From: Azolla caroliniana
Taxonomy: Eukaryota > Plantae > Polypodiophyta
Assembly: GCA_043228905.1 (NCBI GenBank)
Contig: JBHGNT010000015.1
Location: 4,774,001 to 4,838,000, forward strand
Length of the DNA: 64,000 nucleotides
Direction of reading: 5' to 3'
Part shown: positions 35,678 through 48,487 of the stretch, piece after piece
How positions within the stretch are numbered: the first letter of the stretch is position 1
Layout of the letters: the number at the start of each line of letters is the position of its first letter
Program-made: the position numbers and the translations under genes
The notes under the pieces: generated by a model
The model's input: the letters and a program-made list of their open reading frames with translations, nothing else
Told to the model about the DNA's origin: nothing
Database searches by the model: none

Positions 35678-38600
35678 ATGGAAGGCGGCAGCAGCGGGCA
35701 GCCGGGGATGATGGTGCTAAATGCGCAGAACTACGCCGACTGGAAGATAAAGATGGAGGATCTGCTCATTGTTCGGGACCTGTATGAACCGATCGACAGG
35801 TCGGAAATACCCAAGGGGGTACTTGAGACGGAGTGGAGGCTTCTGAACCGGAAAGTCGTTGCAACCATTCGGCAATACGTCGACGTGAGCGTTCTACAAC
35901 ACGTGGCGAACGACACCAACGCATATGAGATGTGGAGGAAGCTGTCGGGCCTCTACGAGAGGAAGAATGCGTTGAACCGGACCTCCCTGATGAGAAAGAT
36001 AGTGAACCTCAAGTACCGGGACGGCGAGAGTATGGTGGAACACGTAAGCACGTTCATGGGTCTCGTGAACCAGCTTGCGGCGATCAAGTTCCCGTTGGAG
36101 GATGCAATGCAAGCCATCATCCTGATGTGTACATTGCCAGACAGCTGGGAGAACTTGGTGGTGACTCTCAGCACCTCCTGCGCCGAAGATAACTTGTCCC
36201 TACAAACGGTAAAGACAAGTATTTTGAACGAAGAAGCGCGCCGGAGAGATAAAGAACCGGCCTCTGACTCGAAGGCGCTGCTTACCGAATCGGAACGGGG
36301 AAGACAATGGAACCGGAGTCCGCAAAGACGGGAGAAGTCGGGGACCCGGTCGCAGTCAAGAGGAAGACCCACATGCTTCCACTGTGGGAAGCCGGGGCAC
36401 TTCCGGAAGAATTGTCGGCATTACCGAAAAGACAACGGAGCCGACGACACCGATTCGAAGAAGTCACCGGAGAGAAACGGTGCATACCGGGGAGCCACGG
36501 ACCGGAGAGGCCCGGATCGGCGAGGGCAGGACCGGAAAGGAACGACGGCACTCGCGGCAAGTGAAGAAGAGATAATGCTCATTACCGAAGAGAGGGAGCT
36601 GAACCTTGCCGGTGAAGAGATGACCTGGGTGGTCGATTCCGGAGCGTCGTTCCACCTGACCCCGGAGAAGAAATACTTCTCATCCTACACAGCCGGTGAG
36701 CACGGTTGTGTCCGGATGGGAAATGAAGGTACATGCCGGATTGCCGGCATAGGAGACGTGTGGCTGATGACATCAACCGGATGCAAGATGCTGCTGAAAG
36801 ATGTTCGACACGTTCCGGAGGTTCGATTGAACCTGATTTCGGCCGGGAGGCTAGACGATGAAGGCTACACGGGTAGCATCCGGAACGGTGTCATGAAGTT
36901 CAGCAAAGGGAGCCTGATAGTGGCTCGGGCCCGGAAAGACAACACATTGTACCTGATGAATGCCTGGTTATGTCCGGAAGAGCTGAATGTGGCAGCCGTC
37001 ACTGCCGGTGAGCTGTGGCACAAGAGACTGTGCCACATGAGTGAGAAGGGGATGAAGAGGCTTGCAGAAGACAACCTTATTCCAGTGAAGCATGTGCACC
37101 TGGAGAAGTGCACTGATTGCCTGGCCGGTAAGCAGAACCGAACCTCCTTCCACTCAAGGCCACCGACGAGACGTAGTGCACCATTGGAGTTGGTGCACAC
37201 TGATGTGTGTCAGGTAGAAACGAAGTCACATGGCGGAGCCCAGTACTTCGTGACTTTCATTGATGATCACAGCCGGAAGCTGTGGACAGCACCGTTGAAG
37301 ACAAAGGACCGAGTATTGTCCGTCTTCAAAGAACTCCACGCGAGAGTGGAAAGAGAATCCGGCAAGAAGCTGAAAGCGATACGAGCGGATAACGGAGGGG
37401 AATACCGGGGGCAGTTCCAGGAGTACTGTCGCTCGAAGGGAATCCGGCTCGAGTTTACTGTGCCGAAGACGCCGGAACTGAACGGGCTGGCCGAGAGGAT
37501 GAACCGGACCATAATGGAGAGGGTCCGGAGTATGCTAGCGCATGCGAAATTACCCAAGGGGTTTTGGGTTGAGGCAATGTCGACGGCGACATACGTGATA
37601 AACAGATCACCCTCAGTACCTTTGGACGGAGACACGCCTCAGAAAGTGTGGACCGGTAAGGAAGTGTCCTACCGGCATCTGAAGGTGTTCGGGTGTCTCG
37701 CATACGTGCATGTGGCAAAGGACCGGAGAGGAAAGCTAGATCCAAAGACCCGGCCATGCATATTCCTCGGTTACGGCGACGACGAGTTCGGCTACCGAGT
37801 ATGGGACCCGGTCGACAAGAAAATATTCAGGAGTCGAGACATCATCTTCATGGAGGACAGGACACTCGCCGACTGGGAGTCGGAGACGAAGATGAAGAGC
37901 TCCAAGTCGACCGGTGAGGATCAACTCTACGAGGAGCAGTCCCGACCGGCAAGGGACCGGTTAACACTCGAGGATCCGGCCGAAGACTATGAAGAAACAG
38001 AACCGGCCGAAGAAGATGAAAATGATACCGGAACCGGCCCCGATCCCGAAATGGATTCGGATGAAGAAGAATCGGAAGAACAAGTTACCGAAGCTCCGGA
38101 ACGGAGATATCCTCTAAGAGAGAGAAGGGCCCCCCGGAGATTTCCGGAACCAGAGCACGTGCTGCTAACCGACGAAGGGGAGCCGAAGAGCTTTGAAGAA
38201 GCAAAGCATGACACCCAGAGCCGCAGGTGGTTGAGTGCCATGCAGGACGAGATGGATTCCCTGCATGAGAACCACACATATGAACTTGTGGAGTTGCCGA
38301 AAGGAAAGCGGGCACTTCGAAACAAGTGGGTGTTCAAGCTGAAACCGGGAGATGCCGGAAACCCCCCGAGATACAAAGCCAGGATCGTGGTGAAGGGGTT
38401 TCAGCAGAAGAAGGGCGTCGACTTCGACGAGATATTCGCCCCGGTAGTGAAGATGACCTCCATCCGGACGGTGCTGAGCATAGCGGCAAACATGGACCTC
38501 GAGGTAGAACAGATGGACGTGAAGACGGCATTCCTTCACGGTGACCTCGAAGAAGAGATCTACATGCAGCAACCGGAAGGATTCGAGAAGAAAGGGAAGG

Positions 38601-39751
38601 AGCACCTGGTATGCCGGTTGAAGAAGAGCCTTTACGGACTGAAGCAGGCTCCCCGGCAATGGTACCGGAAGTTCGACTCCTTCATGACCGACGAAGGGTA
38701 CCACAAAACGCAGTCTGATCACTGCGTGTTTGTGAAGAAGTTCGAAGGAGGAGACTTTCTAATACTCCTCCTGTACGTGGACGACATGTTGATCGTCGGA
38801 CGGGACCAGGTCCAGATACGGATGCTGAAGAAGGCTCTTCACCGAACCTTCTCAATGAAGGACTTGGGTCCGGCGAGGCAAATATTAGGGATGCACATCA
38901 TCCGGGACCGGAAGAAGAAGCAGTTGTGGCTGTCACAGGAGAAGTACGTGACAAAGGTGCTTCACCGGTTCAACATGTCGGAAGCAAGACCGGTCGGGTC
39001 GACCCTCCCGGCAAACTGCAAGTTGTCCAGCAAGCAAAGCCCCAAGACAAAGGCTGAGAAGGAGGACATGATGAAAGTACCATATGCCTCTGTCGTCGGA
39101 AGCTTGATGTACGCAATGGTGTGTACAAGACCGGACATAGGATATGCAGTTGGAGTGGTGAGCCGGTACATGAGCAATCCCGGCAAAGAACACTGGAACG
39201 CGGTAAAGTGGATACTCCGATACCTGAAGGGCACGGCAAACGTGTGCCTCCGATTCGGCTCCGGTAAGCCCGAACTCGACGGCTTTACCGATTCGGATAT
39301 GTCGGCTGATGCAGATACCAGCCGGTTCACATCAGGGTATGTGATGACGTATGCAGGGGGAGCCGTTTCATGGCAGTCGAGGCTGCAGAAGACGGTTGCG
39401 TTGTCAACCACGGAGGCGGAGTACATGGCAGCTGTTGAAGCCAGCAAGGAAATAATATGGATGAAGGACTTCATTAGAGAGCTCGGGATCCGGCAGGAGG
39501 AGTACCGACTCTACTGCGATAGTTAGAGCGCCATCCACCTTGCAAAGAACGCGGCCTACCATTCCCGGACGAAGCACATCCAGCGAAGATATCACTGGAT
39601 CCGGGAAAGGATAGAAGACAAGGAGTTCGTGCTGACGAAGGTCCACACGGACGAGAACGGGTCGGATATGCTGACCAAGGTGCTCACACCCGACAAGCTG
39701 GAAGCATGCCGGAAGAGGATCGGACTGGAGAGACATCCCATGCCGAAGTGA
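35678..39751 (+). CDS. Copia gag-pol polyprotein (1357 codons) with a single premature TAG at 39524-39526 in RNase H
   Basis: Motifs CFHCGKPGHFRKNC, WVVDSGASFH, integrase D-D-E, RT QMDVKTAFL/LYVDDML and RNaseH TEAEY. YCDS*SAIHL then continues in frame to MPK*. Confidence 0.93.
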
Positions 39752-39761
39752 AGGGGGAGTT

Positions 39762-40326
39762 TGTTGGGATTTCAGTCCCTCCGGATGGGATGTCCGGAGA
39801 TGAATGACGGCAAGCCCGGTCGCGGTTACGGAGCCGGATGATGAAGACCCCGGTTACGGAGCCGGATGATGAAGACCCCGGTGAGAGATCCGGATGCGGA
39901 GACATATTTGTGAATATGTTTGCCAAGAGCCCTTGAGGCTATATTTGTAAATAGCCCGAAAGTCATATGTGTATAAATATGACTTAGGGCAAACAGTTAA
40001 GTCGTTGTTGCTCATTTTTATGAGAAGAAGAGCAGCCGAGAGAGAGAGAGAGAGAGAGACGAAGAGGTCGTTGCCTCTGTGTATTACCGCTGCTTGTGGC
40101 GAAGACAGTGAGCTCAAGGTTGTTGCCTTGTAGCCTCACCATTGTACATCTCTGTTCATAGTGATAGTTGGAGTCTGAGGACTCCCGTGGTTTTTCCCCA
40201 TTTAGGGTTTTCTACGTAAACATCCTGTGTACTCTCCTCTCTATTGTCTTCGTGCATTTCGTATTTCCTGTTTTCTGTAAGTTAATCCTATTCCTCGGTT
40301 GTGGCCGAGAGCACTGTTTTGCAACA
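39762..40326 (+). repeat. 3' LTR of copia G
   Basis: Direct repeat of 35080-35646. Confidence 0.95.
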
Positions 40327-43199
40327 AGAGAGAAAGATGTATAGAGGTTGTTGATTATTTTACAAGGGTTGATTAATATAATATAATCGTGGGATTCATG
40401 AATTTGCTAACTATTTTTTCTCTCTTAATTTGAGTACTCGCTAATACACTAAACTCGTGGGATTCACGAGTTTTTCATATCTTTCTTTCTTACAATATAT
40501 TTCATATTCTTAATTGCCTTAGAATTTTCTTTCCTCCTAGTCCAAAACCCCAGCGGTTCCCACCCGACTCACGCAACAATCCGGAGCCGTAAGGCACAAC
40601 ATCGTAATTCCTGGAACCAATCTTCATGGGAAGTCATGTGATTGGAAGCTCCCAAATCGACAAACCATACGTTGTTCGGAGTGGAGGTGGTAGTTGACGC
40701 AAGTGCAGACATTGAGTGCGCTTCGTGCTTCATTATGAACATTCCACCATGGTCGCCGTAGTCGGAGTTTGTGGCGTAATTTGTTAGTTGTCGGCCTTGC
40801 TCACACTTCTTCTTCCGACACTGTTCTTCGTAGTGGCCGGGTTTTCCACAATACCCACACTCGACTGGGTTTCGTCAATTGCTTGGTCCGGCATTATGAC
40901 TCCCCCTTCCGCCAAGCTCTCTAGGCTCGTTCCTATCCGCTTGCCACTATTGGGAGTTACGCCCTTGATTGCGCCGATCATTATGGCCTTGTCCAAAATG
41001 ACCTTTGTTTCCACGGCCGAAATCTCTTCTATTATACGACTTAGAGTAGAGCAGATGACCATCTAATGCGTTGCTCCTCTATCGGGCGTGATTCTCTTCA
41101 ACCAACAATATCGATTGAAGGTCGAAGAAGGAGGGAGGGTTCTCCCTTGCAAGAATGGTTGATCTAATCGCGTTGAAACGCAATGCTAAGCCTCTGAGGC
41201 ATATCTGCACCAATTCTTCATCATCAATGACGACATTGATTGATCCAAGGGTGTCACATAGCTCCTTGATCTTCAAGGTATAGCTTGAGATTGACATGTC
41301 CCTTTGTTGAAGATTGTTTAGCTCCTGTCGAAGTTGGAGCTTTCGTGCGGCCGTATTGGCTGCGAAGATCTTCTTGAGGTTTTCCCACGCCTACTTCGGC
41401 GTTTTAGCCTCTCGAATGTAGCCAAGCATATGGTCATGAACGCATGATGTGAGGCAATACAACACACGGCTTGCGGCCTGCTCCCAAGTGGGATAGTCAG
41501 CGTGTGTTGGGTTGGAGTGTGATTCGTGAGCTCCTTCGATGTAGCTCCAGTAGCCTTGTCCGACAAGATATTGATGCATCTTGTATTCCCAGGATGCGAA
41601 GTTCGTTCTGTCAAGCTTCTCGGCAGGAAGTGCGCTTCCCATTTGAGTATTCATGGTGATTTCTTCTCTATCAATGGGCCGGTTCTGTTGATCATCGGCA
41701 TGCAGCACAACACAGTCGAAAATGCTTGATCAGGCAGCCACACGCTCTGATACCATGTTAGGAAATGAAGTCTGTGGTGATTGCAATGCAACGGAAGGTG
41801 AACGTAGGTGTGTGTATGTGTAATAGCATAGAGAGAGAGAGAGAGAGAGAGAGCTCAAAAAATAGAGATAGACAAGAGCGTATATTATATTAACAAAATA
41901 CATCCAACATTAACTAAGTTGCAATGAGTTGGTTTATATACCAACTAAGCTAGGGCAAGCGCCCTTTCTACTATTTGCAAAGCTAGCCTGGAATGTCCAT
42001 GAGCTAGTGTGAACCTATCTATGGGAAGTTGAGTTCGATTCTCAATAGTAGGCTTTGCATACACCTATAATCTCCTTCTTGGTAAAGGTCCGGAGTCCGA
42101 TGACGACTCCTTTCAACTACATTCCTTTGAGCTTCCGGAGATTAATGTGGTTGATTCTTTTGTGTCATAACTCTATGTCGGTGTCGGCTTTATGGCCCTT
42201 GGCAACATTGTCGATTTCATCTCGTAAGAATCGAGGATGAACATTTGGCATCTCTTCGACCACGAGTGATAATTTGGCCTTCCTTTTCAATGAAGCACCC
42301 TCCATCGTTGAAGCAAGCTTGCATGCCCTATTCCACAATCTGGCCGACAGAGACCATATTCTTCGTTATTGTTAGAACATGCAAGACATTCTTGATGTAG
42401 GTCCAGTTGCCCTCTTCGCTGAATGGGACATTACCGACATGCTGAATGGGGCGAATTGTGTCATCCCCAGTTTCCACATAGCCACGTTGTTCGGACTTTC
42501 GTAGCTCTCAGAACCAATCTTCCTGAGACATCATGTGATTGGATGCACCTGAGTCAACAAACCATACATTTTTTGAACTGGAAGGTGATGGTCGAGCACG
42601 ATTCCTTCATTGAATTCACTCTATGCCGCATCATAAACATTCTGCCATGATCGTCATAGTCAGAGTTTGAGGCGTAGTTGGTAAGTTGTCGACTTGTTAA
42701 CGCTGACTCACTTTTCTTCTTCCAACACTTTGCCTCGTAATGGCCGAATTTGCCACAGTATCCGCACTGGACAGAGTTGTTTTGTCGGTTGGGTCCACAT
42801 GATTGCTCCCCCTTCTTCTAGATGTTCCACCTCGCGTGTTTGCAACGTCTTGTCAATAGTAGAAATTTTGTTCGCGGGGTTGTTCTTGGTTGTGATGACC
42901 TTGGCCAAATAAGCCTCTTCTTCCACGACTTTGTCCCCTTCCTCCATCTGAGTTCGAATAGAGCATGTGTGCTTCTTGCACATTGCTCCTCGTTCAGACA
43001 TGATTTTCTTCGACCAGTAGCATCGATTGGAGATCGAAGGAGGGAGGATTCTCCATCGCGAGGACGACCGGCCTTATTGTGCCAAACCGGGGTGCTAGGC
43101 CGCCAAGGCATATTTGCACCATTTCATCGTCGTCAATGTTGACATTGATCGACCCGAGGGAGCCACACAGCTCCTTGATCTTCAAGGTGTAGTTGCCGA

Positions 43200-43505
43200 T
43201 TGTTCAACTCCTAACGGAGTTGAAGTTTTCATGCAGTTAAAATTGGCACGAATATCTTTTTGAGATTCCCCAACGCTTCTTTTGGCATATTGACCTCTCG
43301 GATGTAGCCGAGCATGTGGTCATGAACGCATGATGCAAGGCAGTACAACACGTTGTTCAACTCCTAACGGAGTTGAAGTTTTCATGCAGTTAAAATTGGC
43401 ACGAATATCTTTTTGAGATTCCCCAACGCTTCTTTTGGCATATTGACCTCTCGGATGTAGCCGAGCATGTGGTCATGAACGCATGATGCAAGGCAGTACA
43501 ACACG
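43200..43505. repeat. Perfect 153-bp tandem duplication in gag of element C
   Basis: 43200-43352 and 43353-43505 appear identical by eye. Confidence 0.9.
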
Positions 43506-43885
43506 CGAATCGTTGCTTATTCCCAAGTTGGGTGGTCGGCATGTGTCGGGTTGGGTTAATTTTCCTGAGCTCCTTCGATGTAACCCCAATAGCCTTGGCC
43601 GACAAGGTATTGGTGCATCTTGTATTCCCAAGATGCGAAGTTGTTTTTGTTAAGTTTCTCGGTAGGAAAAGCACTTCCCATCTGAGTATTCATGATAATC
43701 GATTTGTTTGGAGTGATTTTTCTTCTTCTTCTCTATGATACAAACGATGCAGGTTTTTACTACAACGATCATCCAGTTCTTCTTGAATGTTGGCTTAGGC
43801 ACACCACACACGGATGGGCTTCGATCAAGCTACCACGCACTCTAATACCATCTAAAGGATCGAGAGTGAGTCTATGCAATGGAAT

Positions 43886-43927
<42 letters not shown>

Positions 43928-44217
43928 AAACACATAGTATACAGAAAATAGTAAAATTGTATTAACAAGAGGAACAATAGCCAACAACCGTTACAAAGAG
44001 TAGGAGAAAGTGTTTATGTAGTCACCTTCTCTCTATGTTCTCTCACTACAACCACCAATTGGAAAAGAGGTGGAGACTTAACTACCTACTAAATATGTGT
44101 CATAGGACTTAAATTCTATGGCACTTAGTTTATAATACAAGGAGGTGGGATGTTCACACAGTTGGGTATTCCTAAGATGTGTTCCCACACTAGGGAAGTT
44201 GAGTTTGATTCTCAACA

Positions 44218-44370
44218 AAGTAGCATCCCTAAATCATCAAACCATTTAAACCGAAACGAAATGAAATTGAACTGTTAAAAAAAAACTTGAATGTGAACCA
44301 AATCAAAATGAACCGTGTAAAGTGTTAAGCCTTCAAGCCACAGTTTCGTGGTTCGGTTCGGTTCATCATT
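44218..44370. mobile_element. Right half of the decayed MITE split by the nest
   Basis: AAACCATTTAAAC...GAACCGTG...GGTTCGGTTCGGTTCA matches ~51560-51690. Confidence 0.55.
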
Positions 44371-47300
44371 CTCGATTTCTATTCTTTGCCAGTTTTGGAA
44401 GGCATGGAACTAAATGAACCCTATAGACCAATTGTTTGCACTCAAGCAAGAGGTGGAAGAGATGATATGTCATTATATTAGGAGTAAAGAAAACCTACAC
44501 CATCAATATGAACATGGCGACAAAATGTATGATGCAAAACTAATGACTAGAATCATCAACATGCTATATGATCAAACTTTGAAAAAAAATCTAAGTAACC
44601 TAGTGATGTAGCCCTTCTGTGAAGCTTGTACAATAATCAAGGCCTTCAACAATTCCATTATAGAACTCTAAACGTTGATATTGACTACCACAATCACAAA
44701 AGAAATTGTAACCCCAAGCAACACATTACACTAATAATCTCTCAAAAGAGAGTAGAATGTCCAATAGGTTATGTGATATGCAAGAATATACGGTACCCCA
44801 CATTCCAAGGCCATCATACAAAGCATGAAAGCCCATATCTCAACCAATGTTGATAGAAGCATCATAATTGGTGCAAGGTATCTATCATGCACCACCTAGA
44901 TAATTGTTTGAGAGTAGTCAATAGGAGGTTAGGACACAAACATTTGGTGGAACATTGCCACATAACTACCCAAGAAACTAGACCACTCCCACCAACAATG
45001 TTACTTCAATAACTCTAATTCCATGCATGGGAGCTCAATTTATTGAACCTGAATGTGACAATATGAAGAGGGCCATGTTTGGGAGGGATTACCCACCTTG
45101 TTAATTGACGATTTGTAAATTGATTTGCAAGTACTACAAGGAAATGAGGTTTTTTCACATTATACAAAGGTCAATAAAGGTGAATTTGTTCCTATGTATG
45201 TATTACGAAGTTAGTACATGAACACTTGGAAATATAATGCTTCAATCGCCTTTTTCAATCCCATATGTTGAAGTTGCTATTGTCTTACTTAGACCATTTC
45301 CTAGTAGATTGGTGTATATAATGTGTGTTCCCTAAAACATTGATGTATATGTTTTGTTCTACATTGCCTTCAATGCGGAACACTAAACATTGTTTCTTAA
45401 AGTATTTAACAAGAACCTTAGTTAATCAGAAATTGTAATGTGAAACCTTATTAATTGTGGGCTTATTTTAAAGTGGATAAATAATCAATTATAGGGATTG
45501 CTAATTGATAAAGTCTATTTGATTTCTCATTACATCGCTTTTACAACCCAACTTTATGATGACAATGTCATGACATGTTATTGTACATTCATAGTTTAAC
45601 TTTAAAAGAGTGAAAAAAGGGGGTTTAGTCATTTGCCAAACAATTTCTACTTGTTTTTCTCATTTCTATTTCTTCATCAACCAACAAATTCTCCTTTTAG
45701 GTGCTCTTCTATTTGTAAGATCTCAATAGCTTGTATCATTTGCTTTGTGAGGATGGTAATTCAACATCATCGTCTTCTCACTCTCCTCTCCTTGAGGATA
45801 GGAGTGACATTCACAAAAATGCATGAGCCACTTGCATATCTATTGCTTTACTAAGGGGAAATTCTTTTGTAATGTATTTTGGCTTCTTGTAAGTTATGGT
45901 AGTGACCCTTTGAAGAGGGTACTAGATCGTCTTTTCACAATCAAAGATTCAAATACAAAACTTAGTAATATATAGCAAGTGGATTAATGTATTAGCAATT
46001 TGTAAACTCTAGAGTCTATACACATTTATAGTTAGATCCTCATCAAAATAGAGAGATGCTATATTGTTGCTCTAATGGTTGCGGGACTTCATCCTATATT
46101 AGATATCCTCAATGTATTGGCATATTCCTATTGTTCTATTTTAGAGATAGAGTGGGTGACATTGTGGAAAGGTTCCTATTTATGGTGTCTCTATATCTTG
46201 AGTTGGCCATCTTGTAAGCATTGTTTTCTCCATATTTAGTTATGTTATTGCATGCAAAGGGCAATTGGAATGTTGGAGTTTCCAAGAAGAGGGTGATCAT
46301 TGTGAAAACTATGAGCATGACAATGACGTGACCCTTGTTGAGTAGAAAACCTAGCTCTCACTCCAAATTGCCCACGATTGTCTTAAGGATATCTTCAAAT
46401 ATTTTCTTTAACTAGGGATTTATAACCATCTTTGCATATAGGAGGGTTAATGGAGCACGCTACCATTTTGACATGTTATCGTGGAGCTATCGTTTGCATA
46501 AAAACAAAATGGGCAAAGTTGCACCTACAATATGTGAGCAAAATGTGTAGTTAAATAATGCATCAAAAAATAAGCTTTGTCAAATGTTTAAAGTGGTGTA
46601 TATTAGACATGTATACCCTGATCATATTTGATGCATTGTCAAGAACTTTGATCCAATTACAACATGAACATTTTAAGTTTATCATTTACATTGTTTCAAA
46701 AGTTCAAGAAGATAGTGCTTGACACATATAGTGGAATAATGTTGTAACTTCATGGATCACTCGACACGAACATTTATCAATATAAACTATTAGAATCATA
46801 CAATTGCACGAACAAATTGATGGAAGCAATGTCCATATATAAATATTTGATTATTGAAGTAAATATGTCTATATAGAAAGATGATCATCAATTACCGTTA
46901 TGGGACAACATAACAATTTAAATAGGTAAATTTGTATAGAAACATGTGCTTGAAAGGCGTCTAAGCATGTAAACTATTTATTTTATCATGTGTTATATGG
47001 GGATTGTTGGGTAAACAACTAACACACACGTTTTGGGATAGCCGGCTATGATGATTGCACACAATTCTTTACAATGGGAAGTTGGCAATCCTTTTTGTAA
47101 GTAAAATAATAATAAGGGCCGTCAATCATACATACATACGAGTGATATAACATATGTATACATAGGATGATAAGCAAATCCATGTCAAGATATATGCTCT
47201 TTGCTTACACATCATCGTGCCTTCTAATTTTTATTACATTCATCTTAAAGAATAAAACCGACAAGGCTCTCGTAGGCATCCTAGATTTGAATGTTTGTCG

Positions 47301-47414
47301 TATGCCACTATTGTCGCCGATCGACTCATGTGCCAATGTGCTTCAATGGCTTGCTTGCACGAACTAATATAAAAAGAAAGAAAAAAGGGGGAAGTTAGGC
47401 GCGCTAAACCATGC

Positions 47415-47417
<3 letters not shown>

Positions 47418-47460
<43 letters not shown>
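47418..47460. repeat. (CT)n microsatellite upstream of the CLE gene
   Basis: Direct reading. Confidence 0.9.
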
Positions 47461-47462
<2 letters not shown>

Positions 47463-47834
47463 GACCAGATAACAAATAACGGATGATATAAGGAGGGACA
47501 TTGGTTGGTCGGTGTTGTTTTATTGTCTGGGGGGCTAACCAAGTGGACATGAAATTTGTCCCCACTTTAGGAGCATGACCCCTTAAGTTAACGAAATCTA
47601 TACCTATATAGATTAGCTTGGTAAAATGGTGGGAAATTTATGAAGGGCATACTAAGGAATTATTGGAAACGTTGTACATATTGTTTTGGGGGGAGGGGTA
47701 TCTCTCCGGATATTAAACATAACTTCAAATTAAATTCTTTTAGTACCAATTTGTTCCCTCAAATTCCCGACAAAAAGAAAACAAATCGCAGAATGAAATG
47801 AAAAAAAACAGAGCCGGCGACATCCTCCTCCTCC

Positions 47835-47842
47835 TATTTAAA
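47835..47842 (+). promoter_or_regulatory. Candidate TATA box of the CLE gene
   Basis: TATTTAAA in pyrimidine-rich context ~240 bp upstream of the ATG. Confidence 0.4.
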
Positions 47843-48082
47843 CCACCTTCCATGTGCCAAAATCTTTACCCAGCTTCCTTAATTAGCCCCTTAATCACCC
47901 CTTGATTCGGTATACATTAACCACTCTTAATTAGCTCATTAACCACTTCGTTAATCGCGTTTGATTAGATTCTTTAACCGCTGCCCTCTTAAGTAGCTCA
48001 TTAACCACTTCGGTTAATCACGGTTGATTAGATTCATTCACCGCCCCCTTCGCATCATTCATCCAGCCTTCCCCAAGATCAG

Positions 48083-48487
48083 ATGGCTAATCTAACGTCG
48101 ATCATTTCCCAGCTGCTGGTTGTAATCGCTGTTGCGACAATTATTTGCGGCGGTGACGGATTGTATTCGGAAGGCGCAATGATTCCAGGGCCGAAGACGG
48201 AGGGATTAAGGGGCCTAATCACGATTAGGGGCCAGATTAGAGTGGGCGGTGCGGGGAGCAGTAGGAAGCTGATGGCGTTAGATGGAGCCAGCAGGGGCTC
48301 GACAGAGAAATCCATGGCGGCGGCGGCATTTCTGCCTGCAGAATCGAAAGATCAGCAGGAAACGGGGGAGACGAAGGAGCCTGCAGAGACGCGATTGGAG
48401 CCAGGGAAGCAGGGCCCTGGAAATTGGCACGTGCGGGAATCTCTGCATTACGTGCCGAGCAGCCCCGACCCCATCCAAAACAGGTAA
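48083..48487 (+). CDS. CLE: CLE (CLAVATA3/ESR-related) peptide precursor, H-type/TDIF-like, 134 aa
   Basis: Hydrophobic N-terminal signal peptide (LLVVIAVATII) and a variable middle with RKL. The C-terminal dodecapeptide HYVPSSPDPIQN+R aligns with TDIF HEVPSGPNPISN and CLV3 RTVPSGPDPLHH. The ORF is a GC-rich island in AT-rich DNA. Confidence 0.88.
   Translation: MANLTSIISQLLVVIAVATIICGGDGLYSEGAMIPGPKTEGLRGLITIRGQIRVGGAGSSRKLMALDGASRGSTEKSMAAAAFLPAESKDQQETGETKEPAETRLEPGKQGPGNWHVRESLHYVPSSPDPIQNR

Larger units (their letters stand above)
35080..40326 (+). mobile_element. Near-intact Ty1/copia element G (Tork/Tnt1-like)
   Basis: LTRs 35080-35646 and 39762-40326 differ by about 6 substitutions and one GA unit. 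Perfect TSD AGAGA. PBS TGGTATCAGAGC at 35650-35661 and PPT GAAGTGAAGGGGGAG at 39745-39759. Confidence 0.97.
34457..40601 (+). mobile_element. Solo LTR F of the 4-bp-TSD gypsy group (34457-35079 plus 40332-40601), interrupted by copia G
   Basis: Ends TGTCGTAGTG...GGCACAACA, flanked by CCGT and TCGT. Removing it restores the minus-strand HEDWFQELRKPER of element D. Homologous to 19779-20500. Confidence 0.85.
25033..42047 (-). mobile_element. Ty1/copia element D (LTRs 25033-25335 and 41756-42047) inserted in C
   Basis: ~300-bp LTR pair with a perfect TSD GTAGG (25028-25032, 42048-42052). tRNA-iMet PBS complement GCTCTGATACCA at 41744-41755. Internal pieces are 25336-26506, 32390-34456 and 40602-41755. 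Confidence 0.92.

Noticed and set aside
44400-46500. Short ORFs with gag-like or zinc-knuckle-like traces
   Set aside because: Too decayed to assign boundaries or family; probably old retroelement debris.
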